From assembly GCA_001829315.1 (NCBI GenBank), contig MIAY01000014.1, forward strand, positions 60,801 to 124,800: a stretch of DNA of 64,000 nt, written 5' to 3'. This document shows, piece after piece, positions 33,099-43,107 of the stretch (positions are counted from its first letter, which is position 1; each line of letters begins with the position of its first letter). Made by a program: the position numbers and the translations under genes. The notes beneath the pieces are model-generated. The model searched no databases and was not told the origin of the DNA. It worked only from the letters and a program-made list of their open reading frames with translations. Source of the DNA: Spirochaetes bacterium GWE1_32_154 (GTDB lineage: Bacteria > Spirochaetota > GWE2-31-10).

Positions 33099-33647
33099 AT
33101 GAAAAAAAATACATATAACAAACCGGAAAACATCGTTGTAGATGGAGAAGTTGTTAGTTTTCATTACAAAAGAGATGACAGATTAAAAATGACCGGTGTT
33201 TTGACTGGTAATGAAAAAACATCTTTTTTTTCCAAAAAATATAGATATTTACACATCATGTTAGTTGATTTACTTATAATAGCTATTATCGGGATCATTT
33301 TAACCTCCTTTTACGGAAGAACAAAATCAGTTATTCATAATGATATCAAGTATTTATTTTCACGAAAATCATATTCAAATAATTCAATAATGAGTTTTAA
33401 TCTACAAATCAAAAATGAAAGTTCCGAGATCAGAGAATTGCCCGGGAATTATTACAATTGCTATCTTCTTGATGAAAATAATAACAAACCTTTTTCCAAA
33501 GAAATTTTCATACAAAAAACACGACTTATGCCATCTGAATTTTATATTGAAAATATTGTAATTAATAATTTACCTCCCGGTATGTATACATTTGTTTTTA
33601 TTATTGATAACAATATAACATTTGAAATGAATTTTAAAACAAAATAA
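33099..33647 (+). CDS. Hypothetical membrane protein
   Basis: 182 aa ORF with one TM helix (residues about 55-75); no recognisable domain. Confidence 0.4.
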   Translation: MKKNTYNKPENIVVDGEVVSFHYKRDDRLKMTGVLTGNEKTSFFSKKYRYLHIMLVDLLIIAIIGIILTSFYGRTKSVIHNDIKYLFSRKSYSNNSIMSFNLQIKNESSEIRELPGNYYNCYLLDENNNKPFSKEIFIQKTRLMPSEFYIENIVINNLPPGMYTFVFIIDNNITFEMNFKTK

Positions 33648-33648
33648 T

Positions 33649-34422
33649 ATGAGTAATACACTTATTGATACACACGCACATATTTTTTCTCATGAATATG
33701 AAAATGACCTTGAAACAGTAATTAAAAACTCAATTGCATCAGGTGTAACAAAAATAATTATACCCAATATTAATGCCGATTCAATCCTTCCTATGATTGA
33801 ATTGTGTGATGCCTATCCCGGTATTTGTTTTCCGGCTATAGGTATTCATCCGACTGACATTGAAAGCTCACCAGTTGAACAAATTAAATGTTTAGAAAAA
33901 GAACTATTAAAACGCAAATTTATTGCTATTGGTGAAACTGGTATTGATTTATATTGGGACAAATCAAATCTTTCAAATCAAATAGTTGCACTTTCTACTC
34001 ACATTAAATTAGCATCTTCTTTTGATTTACCTTTAATTATACATTCAAGAAATTCATTTCAAGAAACAATAGATACTATTGTAACACATAAAAAAAGTAA
34101 TACTCGAGGTGTTTTTCATTGTTTTTCCGGAACATATAAAGAAGCATGCACAATAATTGAATCGGGGTTTTTACTGGGAATCGGGGGAACTGTTACTTTT
34201 AAAAATAGCACTCTGCCTGATATATTACCGTTAATAGACTTAAAAAATATTGTATTGGAAACTGATAGCCCCTATCTTGCTCCGATTCCATATCGGGGAA
34301 AAAGAAATGAACCTGCTTATATAAAAGATATTGCAAGAAAAATTTCTGATATATATACAATTTCAATAGACGAGGTTGCAAAAATTACGACAGAAAATGC
34401 GAATATTCTCTTCAATTTCTAA
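33649..34422 (+). CDS. tatD: TatD-family metal-dependent hydrolase/DNase
   Basis: 257 aa; N-terminal IDTHAH motif and TatD-like TIM-barrel spacing of His/Asp residues. Confidence 0.85.
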   Translation: MSNTLIDTHAHIFSHEYENDLETVIKNSIASGVTKIIIPNINADSILPMIELCDAYPGICFPAIGIHPTDIESSPVEQIKCLEKELLKRKFIAIGETGIDLYWDKSNLSNQIVALSTHIKLASSFDLPLIIHSRNSFQETIDTIVTHKKSNTRGVFHCFSGTYKEACTIIESGFLLGIGGTVTFKNSTLPDILPLIDLKNIVLETDSPYLAPIPYRGKRNEPAYIKDIARKISDIYTISIDEVAKITTENANILFNF

Positions 34423-35449
34423 TATCTAAAGCCTCTTGTGATTTTTCATAATACAACTGACCACAATCAGCTTTTATATCATCACCCCGCCGGTATCTTC
34501 TTGTTACGCAAAACCCCTTATTTTCTAAAGTATCAATAAAGTGTTTAATTGCTTTTTCATCCGGTCTTGAAATTGAGTTATCAGAGTGATTTAAAGGAAT
34601 TATATTTAAATGAAATGCTTCATTGTTAAATATTTCAAGAGCGTTAATATCTTCTATTGTATCATTAACACCTTTAATCAGAACATATTCAAGGGTTATA
34701 CGATTCTTGAATGTAAAATAGATTCTTTTTAATTGTGATTCGATATCCCGTACTGAGAATTTCTTTGTAATAGGCATAATTTTCATTCTTTCTTCTTGTA
34801 TTGCACTATTAAGTGATACCGCAACTCGTAATGTAGGATATATAGTCAGGATTTGTTCAATTTTATCGAGAATACCACAGGTTGATACGGTAATACGTGT
34901 TGGTGACAAAGAAAAATTATTTTTTTCAGTAATAAAGCCAATTGCCTTGATAACTTCATCAATAGTATCTAGTGGTTCACCCATTCCCATAAATACAATA
35001 TTAAATAATCTGTCATCAATTTTTTTCTCATTAACCATAAATGAATATAAAAAAATTACTTGTGAAACAATTTCATAAGATGTTAAATTTCTTAATAACC
35101 CCATTTTTCCTGTCTGACAAAATACACACCCCATTCGACAACCGACTTGTGAAGAAATACAGAATGTTACATGATTATTTTTATCAATAAGAAAAACTGA
35201 CTCAATAAAATGATCATCATTAAGTCTGAATAAAAACTTTACAGTACCATCAGTTGATACCTGCCTTGTTTCTTCCCGAAGAGAAACAATCTCAAATTTT
35301 TCAATTAATTGATTTCGTAATGGAAATGGAATAGTAGTTACATTATTAAGATCGATTATTCCATTAGAAAAAACAGCTGTTTTCAGCTGTTTTATTCTAA
35401 ATGGTTTATCAACATCAGAATCATTTATCGTAAGAAAGGAATCTTTCAA
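34412..35449 (-). CDS. rlmN: 23S rRNA/tRNA adenine C2 methyltransferase RlmN (radical SAM)
   Basis: 345 aa; radical SAM CxxxCxxC (CRMGCVFCQTG), RlmN/Cfr-type conserved regions including MGMGEPL. Confidence 0.88.
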   Translation of the reverse strand: MKDSFLTINDSDVDKPFRIKQLKTAVFSNGIIDLNNVTTIPFPLRNQLIEKFEIVSLREETRQVSTDGTVKFLFRLNDDHFIESVFLIDKNNHVTFCISSQVGCRMGCVFCQTGKMGLLRNLTSYEIVSQVIFLYSFMVNEKKIDDRLFNIVFMGMGEPLDTIDEVIKAIGFITEKNNFSLSPTRITVSTCGILDKIEQILTIYPTLRVAVSLNSAIQEERMKIMPITKKFSVRDIESQLKRIYFTFKNRITLEYVLIKGVNDTIEDINALEIFNNEAFHLNIIPLNHSDNSISRPDEKAIKHFIDTLENKGFCVTRRYRRGDDIKADCGQLYYEKSQEALDIRN

Positions 35450-35454
35450 TCTAA

Positions 35455-36573
35455 TTATATTCTCCGCTTTAATTCATTGTACAACTCAGAAACAATAGGA
35501 GTTACATGACCTGTAGAAATATACTTATCAAGTACTTTTATCCCTTCCGCGTAATCTCCGCTTTCCTTATAACAAAGAGCTAATTCATACAATGATCGAT
35601 TATTACCAGGATCTCTATTATATGCATCTTTCAAAATATTGATCGCTTTACTATAATCTTTACGTTCAATATTGATAAATGCCAATCCTAAAATAGCATA
35701 ATAATCATAATCAACATCTAAAGCTTCTTTATAATACTTTTCAGCATCATCTAAATAACTAAGATTTCGATACGCGTCTGCTAAACGGGTCATAATAACT
35801 TTATTATTCGGACTTAAATCCAACAGTTCCTTCCAGGCATGTAAACTCTCTTCATGCATAGCAAGCCCTCTGTAACAATCTGCCAAACCATATAATGCAT
35901 AAAAATTCTTACCTTGAACTTTCAAGGCATTTTCAAAAAAGACAATACCTTCATCAAATGATTTTCGTTTTCTATGACAGTTACCAATTGCTGTTAGTAT
36001 TCGAATATTATCAGGTTCCAGTTCAAACATTTTCATCCAATATTCTAAAGCCCAATCATATTTCTTATTTTCAAAAAATAAATATCCGATACCGGTTAGT
36101 GCATAAGAATTATTTGGATCTATTTCAAAAACTTTTAAATAGAATTTCTTTGAATTCTCATAATCACCAAGTTTTCTATACGAATCCGCCAATCGTGTTA
36201 AAACGGTAATATCAACACCATAGTGAACAATAAAATGTTCCCATAAACTAATCGACTCTCGAAAATTACCTGTTTCTCTATACACATCAGCAAGACCAAT
36301 TAGTGCATATTTATTTTCGTGATGATGATCTAAACAACTTTTATAAAACGTAATTGCATTATTATAATTACCTGTTTTTCTGGCAATATCACCTAAACCA
36401 ACAAGTGCATAATGATTAAACTGATCTAAACTAACAATTTTATTAAATAACTCTTTAGCTTCTTCAAATTTAGAATGCTTCACAAGGTCATAAGCTTCTT
36501 TAGAAATTTTACTCAATTCATCTACCGGATCTATATCATTCCCAAACAATTCTTCATTAAATTCACTTCCCAT
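35455..36573 (-). CDS. TPR-repeat protein
   Basis: 372 aa; at least seven tandem TPR-like 34-residue repeats. Confidence 0.6.
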   Translation of the reverse strand: MGSEFNEELFGNDIDPVDELSKISKEAYDLVKHSKFEEAKELFNKIVSLDQFNHYALVGLGDIARKTGNYNNAITFYKSCLDHHHENKYALIGLADVYRETGNFRESISLWEHFIVHYGVDITVLTRLADSYRKLGDYENSKKFYLKVFEIDPNNSYALTGIGYLFFENKKYDWALEYWMKMFELEPDNIRILTAIGNCHRKRKSFDEGIVFFENALKVQGKNFYALYGLADCYRGLAMHEESLHAWKELLDLSPNNKVIMTRLADAYRNLSYLDDAEKYYKEALDVDYDYYAILGLAFINIERKDYSKAINILKDAYNRDPGNNRSLYELALCYKESGDYAEGIKVLDKYISTGHVTPIVSELYNELKRRI

Positions 36574-36925
36574 TTTTATTCCCCGTCATCATAATTTTAT
36601 CGTATGTTTTAATTTCTTTAATAGTTTTATTAGTACCATCTTCATTAATTAATGAACTTATAATCCTGGCACAATTTTCTGAAAACATCCGTATTTTTTG
36701 TTCATTACCGGACATAAAGTACATTTCAGCCGCTTTATAAATTGTATTATTATCATAATAATAATCACCAAGTCGCAATATACCATCTTTATAGTCAACA
36801 CTGACAAAAATTTTTTCTGCTGCTTTAATATTACCTTCAGAAAAAAACTGATTACCTTTCCTAATAAGCATAGCTCTAGTTGAAGGATCTACATTTTTTT
36901 TGTAAACATTACCCTTTTTTATCAT
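36563..36925 (-). CDS. Hypothetical protein
   Basis: 120 aa ORF overlapping the downstream TPR gene start by 11 bp; no recognisable domain. Confidence 0.4.
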   Translation of the reverse strand: MIKKGNVYKKNVDPSTRAMLIRKGNQFFSEGNIKAAEKIFVSVDYKDGILRLGDYYYDNNTIYKAAEMYFMSGNEQKIRMFSENCARIISSLINEDGTNKTIKEIKTYDKIMMTGNKNGK

Positions 36926-37013
36926 ATTATATACTCATGTGTCAATTTTTATTATCTATAATAACTACAAATCTTAGTATCGTCAACTCAAATAAAAAAA
37001 AATAATAGAACTC

Positions 37014-37493
37014 TTACTTATGGTCCTTAGAACCATTTTGAACCTGATCTATTAAATGCTCTAAAATCGGTTCAACTATTTTAAAAGTCTGATAAGCTCC
37101 ATCGGGTGAACCGGGTAGATTAATGACTACTTTTTTATTTATTATTCCTGAAACACCTCTTGATAAAAAGGCATTAAGTGTTATCTCGGAACTTTTATAC
37201 CGTATCAATTCAGATATACCCGGAATTATTTTTTCGACAACATCAATAGTTGCTTCAGGCGTTACGTCTCTATCAGTACACCCGGTTCCTCCGGCTGTAA
37301 TAATCAAATCAATCTCTTTTATCTCAGAAAATTCTTTAATTACATCACTAATTATCCCCTGAATATCGGGCACTAACTTAAAATACGATCCATACCCTTT
37401 AGATGCAAAATATTCAAGCATTTTAGGGCCTGTCCGATCAACCCTTTCATTAGAAAAACCTTTATCACTTACAATGATTAATCCAATCTCCAT
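37014..37493 (-). CDS. mogA: Molybdopterin adenylyltransferase MogA/MoaB family
   Basis: 159 aa; GGTGCTDRDVTPEA motif typical of MogA/MoaB. Confidence 0.85.
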   Translation of the reverse strand: MEIGLIIVSDKGFSNERVDRTGPKMLEYFASKGYGSYFKLVPDIQGIISDVIKEFSEIKEIDLIITAGGTGCTDRDVTPEATIDVVEKIIPGISELIRYKSSEITLNAFLSRGVSGIINKKVVINLPGSPDGAYQTFKIVEPILEHLIDQVQNGSKDHK

Positions 37494-37899
37494 TTTTAAT
37501 AACTCCCCCTTTTAACACTTTGCAAAAAATCCCTGTTTCCGGCATAATACATTTCCCTGTTGTTTGTTGTATAATACAAGGTGTATGACATTCTTTACCG
37601 ATTATTGTTACTAACAATTCGATACTTTCATTAAAAACGAAAGTATCGCCAATTGATATTGCACCTATTTCGATACCTGATATAATAATATTCTCACCAA
37701 AAGCACCGATTCCCGGCGTATACCCTGCTTGTATTATCTTTTCAATTTCATTATCCAGCAAAAGACTTACTTGCCTGTTACTTCCTGTTGCAGCGTGATA
37801 ATCACCAATTACACCCCAATTTTCTAATAACTCAATGCAGTCAACTTGTATCTTCGGCCCTTTATTACTATTTAAACAGACTGCTTTGACTTGCTGCAC
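37465..37899 (-). CDS. MOSC domain protein
   Basis: 144 aa; GENIIISG...IGD...PC motifs characteristic of MOSC beta-barrel domains. Confidence 0.7.
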   Translation of the reverse strand: MQQVKAVCLNSNKGPKIQVDCIELLENWGVIGDYHAATGSNRQVSLLLDNEIEKIIQAGYTPGIGAFGENIIISGIEIGAISIGDTFVFNESIELLVTIIGKECHTPCIIQQTTGKCIMPETGIFCKVLKGGVIKNGDWINHCK

Positions 37900-38336
37900 A
37901 ATGAAACCTCCGAAATAACCATATTTTTATCAACTGCTTTACACATATCATAAATAGTTAATGCTGCTACAGTTACAGCATGTAATGCCTCCATCTCGGC
38001 ACCGGTTTTATCTAAACACTTCACTAAACTATGAATCTGTATGCTATCTTTATGCACGGTAAAATCAATATCAACAGAAGACAAACTAATCTGATGACAA
38101 AGAGGAATTGTTAATTGCGTTGACTTTGCTGCCATTATGCCGGCTATTTTTGCAGTGGTTAAAACATTTCCTTTTTTAATATTTCCGCTATTAATCATTT
38201 CTATTACTTCGCTTGATATATGAATTGTAGCTACGGCACGAGCGACTCTTTTTGAAACGGTTTTTTCTGAAATATCAACCATTTGAACAAAACCATCTTT
38301 ATCAAGATGTGAAAATTCTGCCATATTAACCTCCAA
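37872..38336 (-). CDS. moaC: Cyclic pyranopterin monophosphate synthase MoaC
   Basis: 154 aa; MoaC-like sequence including GAEMEALHAVTVAALTIYDMCKA. Confidence 0.9.
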   Translation of the reverse strand: MEVNMAEFSHLDKDGFVQMVDISEKTVSKRVARAVATIHISSEVIEMINSGNIKKGNVLTTAKIAGIMAAKSTQLTIPLCHQISLSSVDIDFTVHKDSIQIHSLVKCLDKTGAEMEALHAVTVAALTIYDMCKAVDKNMVISEVSLCSKSKQSV

Positions 38337-39174
38337 TATCTTTCATAACTCTATCAATTGCTTTGAAACCTTTAAAAGGTTTTTTTATTATACATTCATG
38401 TATTGCTTCAGAATACGTTTCAAATTGTTCAGGATCAACAACTACATCAGAAAATAAACATGGTAATAATTTCCCGTCAGCTGATAACCTGATTCGAGAG
38501 CATTGAGCACATACAGGGGGTTTTTCTGTATCACAATTTTCAGATAATTCTTTATTTTCTTTAAGATTCATCATATTTATCGTCTGATGACCTACATTAA
38601 GAGAAGAAGCAAATTCTTTAATTTTTTTTATTTCATCATTGTTAACGCCGTCAATTAATACTGTATTAATTTTTAATGGTACTAACTTAGCACTAATGGC
38701 TGTATGTATACCATCGATTACAGATTGTAACGAATCAAAACCCGTGATTTTTCTATATTTTTCTGAATTCAATGAATCAAGCGATACATTGATTCGATCA
38801 AGCCCTGCATTTTTTAATTGAAAAGCCATATCAGCTAATAACACACCATTGGTTGTTAATGAAATATCAGTGATACCTTTAATTTTTTTTGTTTCTGACA
38901 AAAGGTAATATAAATCAGCTCGTAATAACGGTTCTCCACCTGTAAATTTCACACGTTTTATACCTAGCAATGCAGCTTCATGTATAAACGTAAGTATTTT
39001 GTCTGAAGAAACTGCCGGAGAAGAATTAATTATACTTTCTTCAGATGGAGCACAATAAAAACACTTTAAATTACACGATGATGTTATTGAAATGCGAATA
39101 GTATCAATTTCTCTATTAAAAGTATCAAGCAAATATAACTCCGATAGAAAGTATAAGAAGAAAATAATATACAT
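38326..39174 (-). CDS. moaA: GTP 3',8-cyclase MoaA (radical SAM)
   Basis: Radical SAM motif CNLKCFYCAP, FTGGEPLLR, C-terminal Cys cluster for the second Fe-S cluster; annotated start probably too far upstream (hydrophobic N-terminus). Confidence 0.85.
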   Translation of the reverse strand: MYIIFFLYFLSELYLLDTFNREIDTIRISITSSCNLKCFYCAPSEESIINSSPAVSSDKILTFIHEAALLGIKRVKFTGGEPLLRADLYYLLSETKKIKGITDISLTTNGVLLADMAFQLKNAGLDRINVSLDSLNSEKYRKITGFDSLQSVIDGIHTAISAKLVPLKINTVLIDGVNNDEIKKIKEFASSLNVGHQTINMMNLKENKELSENCDTEKPPVCAQCSRIRLSADGKLLPCLFSDVVVDPEQFETYSEAIHECIIKKPFKGFKAIDRVMKDIGG

Positions 39175-39248
39175 TTAATACTGTAAAAAGTAAAGGTCAT
39201 GCACAAGATCTAATACAGTTTAGATGTTATACAAGAACCATAATAATG

Positions 39249-41237
39249 CTACATTTCCCTGTCAATATCAAAAGAAAATGATATTTCTATAGTACTGTCT
39301 TTTTCAAGTATAAATGATGCAATAAACTCATAATAATTCCCGAGAATCATTTTTCGCTCTTCAATTTTTAAATCAATTAAATCATCAGATAAAACTTTTA
39401 ATTTGACTAATCCATTTCCATCTGATTTCAATACAATACCCTTTTCAGCTACCTTCGACGATAAGGATTTCATACCACGATAGAGCATTTCAATAGTATC
39501 ATAAGAAAAACCTGTTGCAGAATTAAGAGAAATTTTTCTTTTTCTATGAGTCATATCCTGAAATACATAGGTAAGTAATAATGAATTTTCAGAAAAATCA
39601 TACACTTTATCAATATGTAAACCATCATGCACATAGCTATAGGTAATTACATCATTTGAAAATTTTTCCTTCATTTGTGTATTAGCCATAGTATTTCTTA
39701 AAACCCATTTTTCAATAAAATCAAGCCTTTCAATTTTAGTTTCTTCACCAATATAAAACCGGTTTACTTTGATGGTATCTTCAAACCCTTTTCTTTTAAA
39801 ACGAACTTCATTATCAAAATCCATAAAATGTTTTGTATTATAATCATAAATATATGATGAATTATTTTTCCATTTTCTTTGCCAATCCTCATACAGCGGA
39901 TTACCAATAATATCAACGCCTTTTTCTAAATCATAACAATGTATTATTTTTCCACCAACCGGAGATAATACATAAAACAAATTATTTCGTACAACACACA
40001 TTTCAGTAATCGAGTCACCATCTATATCTTTATGATAAAACTTTTCTTTATAATTACGAACATGCTCTATTGCTTCAAGAACAAACAAAACTTCCCGTAT
40101 ACATTCCCAATTTGCAGAACCTTTATTACACATCGGATAAATCGTATCCTCAGTACCTGCACTACCAAAAGCACAGCCAAATTCATATTGATAAACAGCA
40201 TAAATATGCTTTGCCAGATTAAAAAGTTTTAATACACTGGAGTTCTCTTCATCAGGAATCTTAGTTTCAATAATACTCATTTTATTTGAAATGTTTTTAT
40301 AAAGCTCGCGGTAATATACAATACCCTCATAATTTTTATTAAAATCAAACCAGTCGGCAAACCCCTCTCTTTGTGCAGAATCAATCATCCAGGTTGCCTG
40401 ATTTTCCGGAATACTTTCAATGTGAGTCGAAATCTCATTATCTTTTAAGTAGTCCGAGAAAGTTGTAATTCGTAACCAGGGTGTTTTTTCAAACATCGTT
40501 AATAATGTATCAAGGTTTTCAATTACAGATGCTGCTGACTCATTATTCTGAACTTGCCACATTCCTGTAGCCTCGGCATCTTCGGCATAACAAATAACCG
40601 ATGAGTCACTATCATCACCATTTTCATAAATTGATTGATAGAATTGAAATAACTCATCAAATTTACCTTTGTTTAAAGCCTCACTCACCCGTAGCTGATG
40701 AGTCAGATCATCGGTAAATAACTTAAGTGAACCTGAGTTTATACCGTCAGTATTTCGCACCTGATCCAGTCCTTCAGTAATACCGGCTTCTCTTAGAAAC
40801 CTCTCTTCAATTAATGTATATTCATACCCGTTAGTTGCTATCAAATCAACATACTTCTGATTCCAGCATCGTTCAGGATTCCAGAAACCCTTCGGTTCAA
40901 CACCAAAATATTCGCTAATTACCTCTTTATGAAGTTTAATCTGATTATCATTATCATAACTATTACATGAATACATGACATTTTGTGAATAGGTGCTTCC
41001 TAATATTTCAAATTGACCATCGTCAATTCCTTGTTTAATACTTGCAATACGTTCTTCATTAAAATATTTTAAACCATGCAAAAGGGTTCCTGAAATATGC
41101 AGTACAATTTTCACTGAAGGATGCTTTCTGAACATTTCAAAAAGGTTTTTATAACAAACTTTATCAGCATACGGTATAACCCCGTTAAAACATTGATTTG
41201 CATGAAAAACAAAAACGACATTCAATTTTTTACCCAT
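39249..41237 (-). CDS. Glycoside hydrolase family 57-like protein
   Basis: 662 aa; GH57-like conserved regions (GQFEILGSTYSQ, WNPERCW) by eye. Confidence 0.5.
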   Translation of the reverse strand: MGKKLNVVFVFHANQCFNGVIPYADKVCYKNLFEMFRKHPSVKIVLHISGTLLHGLKYFNEERIASIKQGIDDGQFEILGSTYSQNVMYSCNSYDNDNQIKLHKEVISEYFGVEPKGFWNPERCWNQKYVDLIATNGYEYTLIEERFLREAGITEGLDQVRNTDGINSGSLKLFTDDLTHQLRVSEALNKGKFDELFQFYQSIYENGDDSDSSVICYAEDAEATGMWQVQNNESAASVIENLDTLLTMFEKTPWLRITTFSDYLKDNEISTHIESIPENQATWMIDSAQREGFADWFDFNKNYEGIVYYRELYKNISNKMSIIETKIPDEENSSVLKLFNLAKHIYAVYQYEFGCAFGSAGTEDTIYPMCNKGSANWECIREVLFVLEAIEHVRNYKEKFYHKDIDGDSITEMCVVRNNLFYVLSPVGGKIIHCYDLEKGVDIIGNPLYEDWQRKWKNNSSYIYDYNTKHFMDFDNEVRFKRKGFEDTIKVNRFYIGEETKIERLDFIEKWVLRNTMANTQMKEKFSNDVITYSYVHDGLHIDKVYDFSENSLLLTYVFQDMTHRKRKISLNSATGFSYDTIEMLYRGMKSLSSKVAEKGIVLKSDGNGLVKLKVLSDDLIDLKIEERKMILGNYYEFIASFILEKDSTIEISFSFDIDREM

Positions 41238-41255
41238 CTTAAACCCCTTATTTAA

Positions 41256-42656
41256 TTAACTATTTTCGTCAAGTAAATTTGATCGCACCATTTCCTCGGT
41301 ATCCGCCTGCATTGTACTATTAATTTTTCCTTTTATCCACTTCCCGCTTCTAAATCTATAAAAAAATATCACTGACTTTGAAATTTCCTCAATAGTCATC
41401 GCCGTAAATATACCGACAATACCTAATTGGAATACCGGTCCGGCTAAAAATGTTAATGGTAATCCAATCATTACAAATGCTATAAATGATGTAAAAAAAG
41501 GAAATTTTGTATCTTTTCCTGCCCGTATTGCTGCCGGTAAAACGCCATTTGCCGTAGCAAACGGTTGTCGCAAACCAAGTATAATTATTGTAATTATACA
41601 AAATCTAACCGATTGTGCTTCGAGTTTAAAAATACCGGGAATAAGCGGAGAAAATAAAATTATCAACACACCTGCTACTGCACCAAACAGCATAGAAAAC
41701 CACAACGCTTTATAGCCGAATTTCATTGCCTTATCTGATTTGCCTGCACCAATTATCTGACTCACACTTACCCCTGTCCCTGTTACAAACCCGCTTACTG
41801 TTAAGTATAATACAGAAAAAAACAAACCGATTACACCATAAATAGCAACAGCTTCCTTACCCGCCATACCAATGAATTTTAAATAAACCATCATAGCAAA
41901 CTGCCAGAAAAACATATCACCCAGAACCGGTAACCCGATATGCAATATTTCTTTGATATTACTCATTGCAGGCCTTACAATGCTTTGTAACGACGGTAAT
42001 CGACCTGTTCTGACCGCAACTATATACATATATAATAAACCGGTTAATGTCGAAATTAAAGACGACCATGCAGCACCCGAAACACCCAGTTTTGGAAAAC
42101 CGAAATTTCCGAATATCAGCAGATAATTAAATATGACATTTAAAACCGTCGTAATAACCTGCTGGTAAAAAGGAATTTTTGTGTCCCCCTGGGATGTAAA
42201 TATTACCGACATTCCAATACTGATTCCGGTGAACACAAAACAAATTGCAATAACACGCATATACTCAGCAGAATACTGTATAATTTTAGCATCACTGATA
42301 ATTATAGCTGCTGATACTCTGCTACCGAAAAACATAATTAAACCAAAAAGTAATGAAATAAGCGTTGAAATAAATAAAGTCACTCCACAAACATTATAAA
42401 ATTCTTTTTTATCCCCCCGCCCCCACAACTGCCCGGCGATTATTGACCCTGCATTTGAAAATGCAAATAAAAGAACAATAAAAAAGAAAAAATAACTTGT
42501 AGAAATCCTTAACGCAGCCATATAATCAGGCCCCAGCACTCCAACCATAAAATTATCTGTTAATCCGACAATATTCCTCAATAAAACCTGAAGAGTAATC
42601 GGGAAGGTAAAAATAAGAAATTTCTTTAATTTAAAATCCTCTTGAATAGTGTGCAT
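41256..42656 (-). CDS. MATE-family multidrug/efflux transporter
   Basis: 466 aa; 12 predicted TM helices with duplicated MATE-like halves. Confidence 0.75.
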   Translation of the reverse strand: MHTIQEDFKLKKFLIFTFPITLQVLLRNIVGLTDNFMVGVLGPDYMAALRISTSYFFFFIVLLFAFSNAGSIIAGQLWGRGDKKEFYNVCGVTLFISTLISLLFGLIMFFGSRVSAAIIISDAKIIQYSAEYMRVIAICFVFTGISIGMSVIFTSQGDTKIPFYQQVITTVLNVIFNYLLIFGNFGFPKLGVSGAAWSSLISTLTGLLYMYIVAVRTGRLPSLQSIVRPAMSNIKEILHIGLPVLGDMFFWQFAMMVYLKFIGMAGKEAVAIYGVIGLFFSVLYLTVSGFVTGTGVSVSQIIGAGKSDKAMKFGYKALWFSMLFGAVAGVLIILFSPLIPGIFKLEAQSVRFCIITIIILGLRQPFATANGVLPAAIRAGKDTKFPFFTSFIAFVMIGLPLTFLAGPVFQLGIVGIFTAMTIEEISKSVIFFYRFRSGKWIKGKINSTMQADTEEMVRSNLLDENS

Positions 42657-42753
42657 TGTATACCTTTGTATTGAATTTTTGATTATTTTATTATACTATA
42701 ATTTTAATATACTGAATGTGACATTAATCAAATAATTAAAATAAGGGAAAAAT

Positions 42754-43107
42754 ATGGAAACTTTCATTTTAGTACGGCCTGAGCATCTTAATCACTACGG
42801 CTATTTATTTGGCGGTATGATGTTAAAATGGGTCGATGAATTTGCATGGATTGCCGCATCTAAGGAGTTTACAGGAGCGAAACTTGTTACAATCGCAATG
42901 AACAATATATTATTTAAAGAGCGTGTCGTTAATGGTTCAATTCTCCGCTTTCATATCAATCTGGCAAAAAAAGGAACTACATCGGTTGAATATGCTGTTG
43001 ATGTATACGCTGATGAACCCGATAATCAAATTGAAAAAAAAGTATTCTCAACAAGCATCACATTTGTTAATATCAATGAACATGGAGAAAAATTAAAAAT
43101 TATTTAG
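42754..43107 (+). CDS. Acyl-CoA thioesterase (hotdog fold)
   Basis: 117 aa; ILVRPEHLNHYGYLFGGMMLKWVDE motif typical of YciA/4HBT-type thioesterases. Confidence 0.8.
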   Translation: METFILVRPEHLNHYGYLFGGMMLKWVDEFAWIAASKEFTGAKLVTIAMNNILFKERVVNGSILRFHINLAKKGTTSVEYAVDVYADEPDNQIEKKVFSTSITFVNINEHGEKLKII

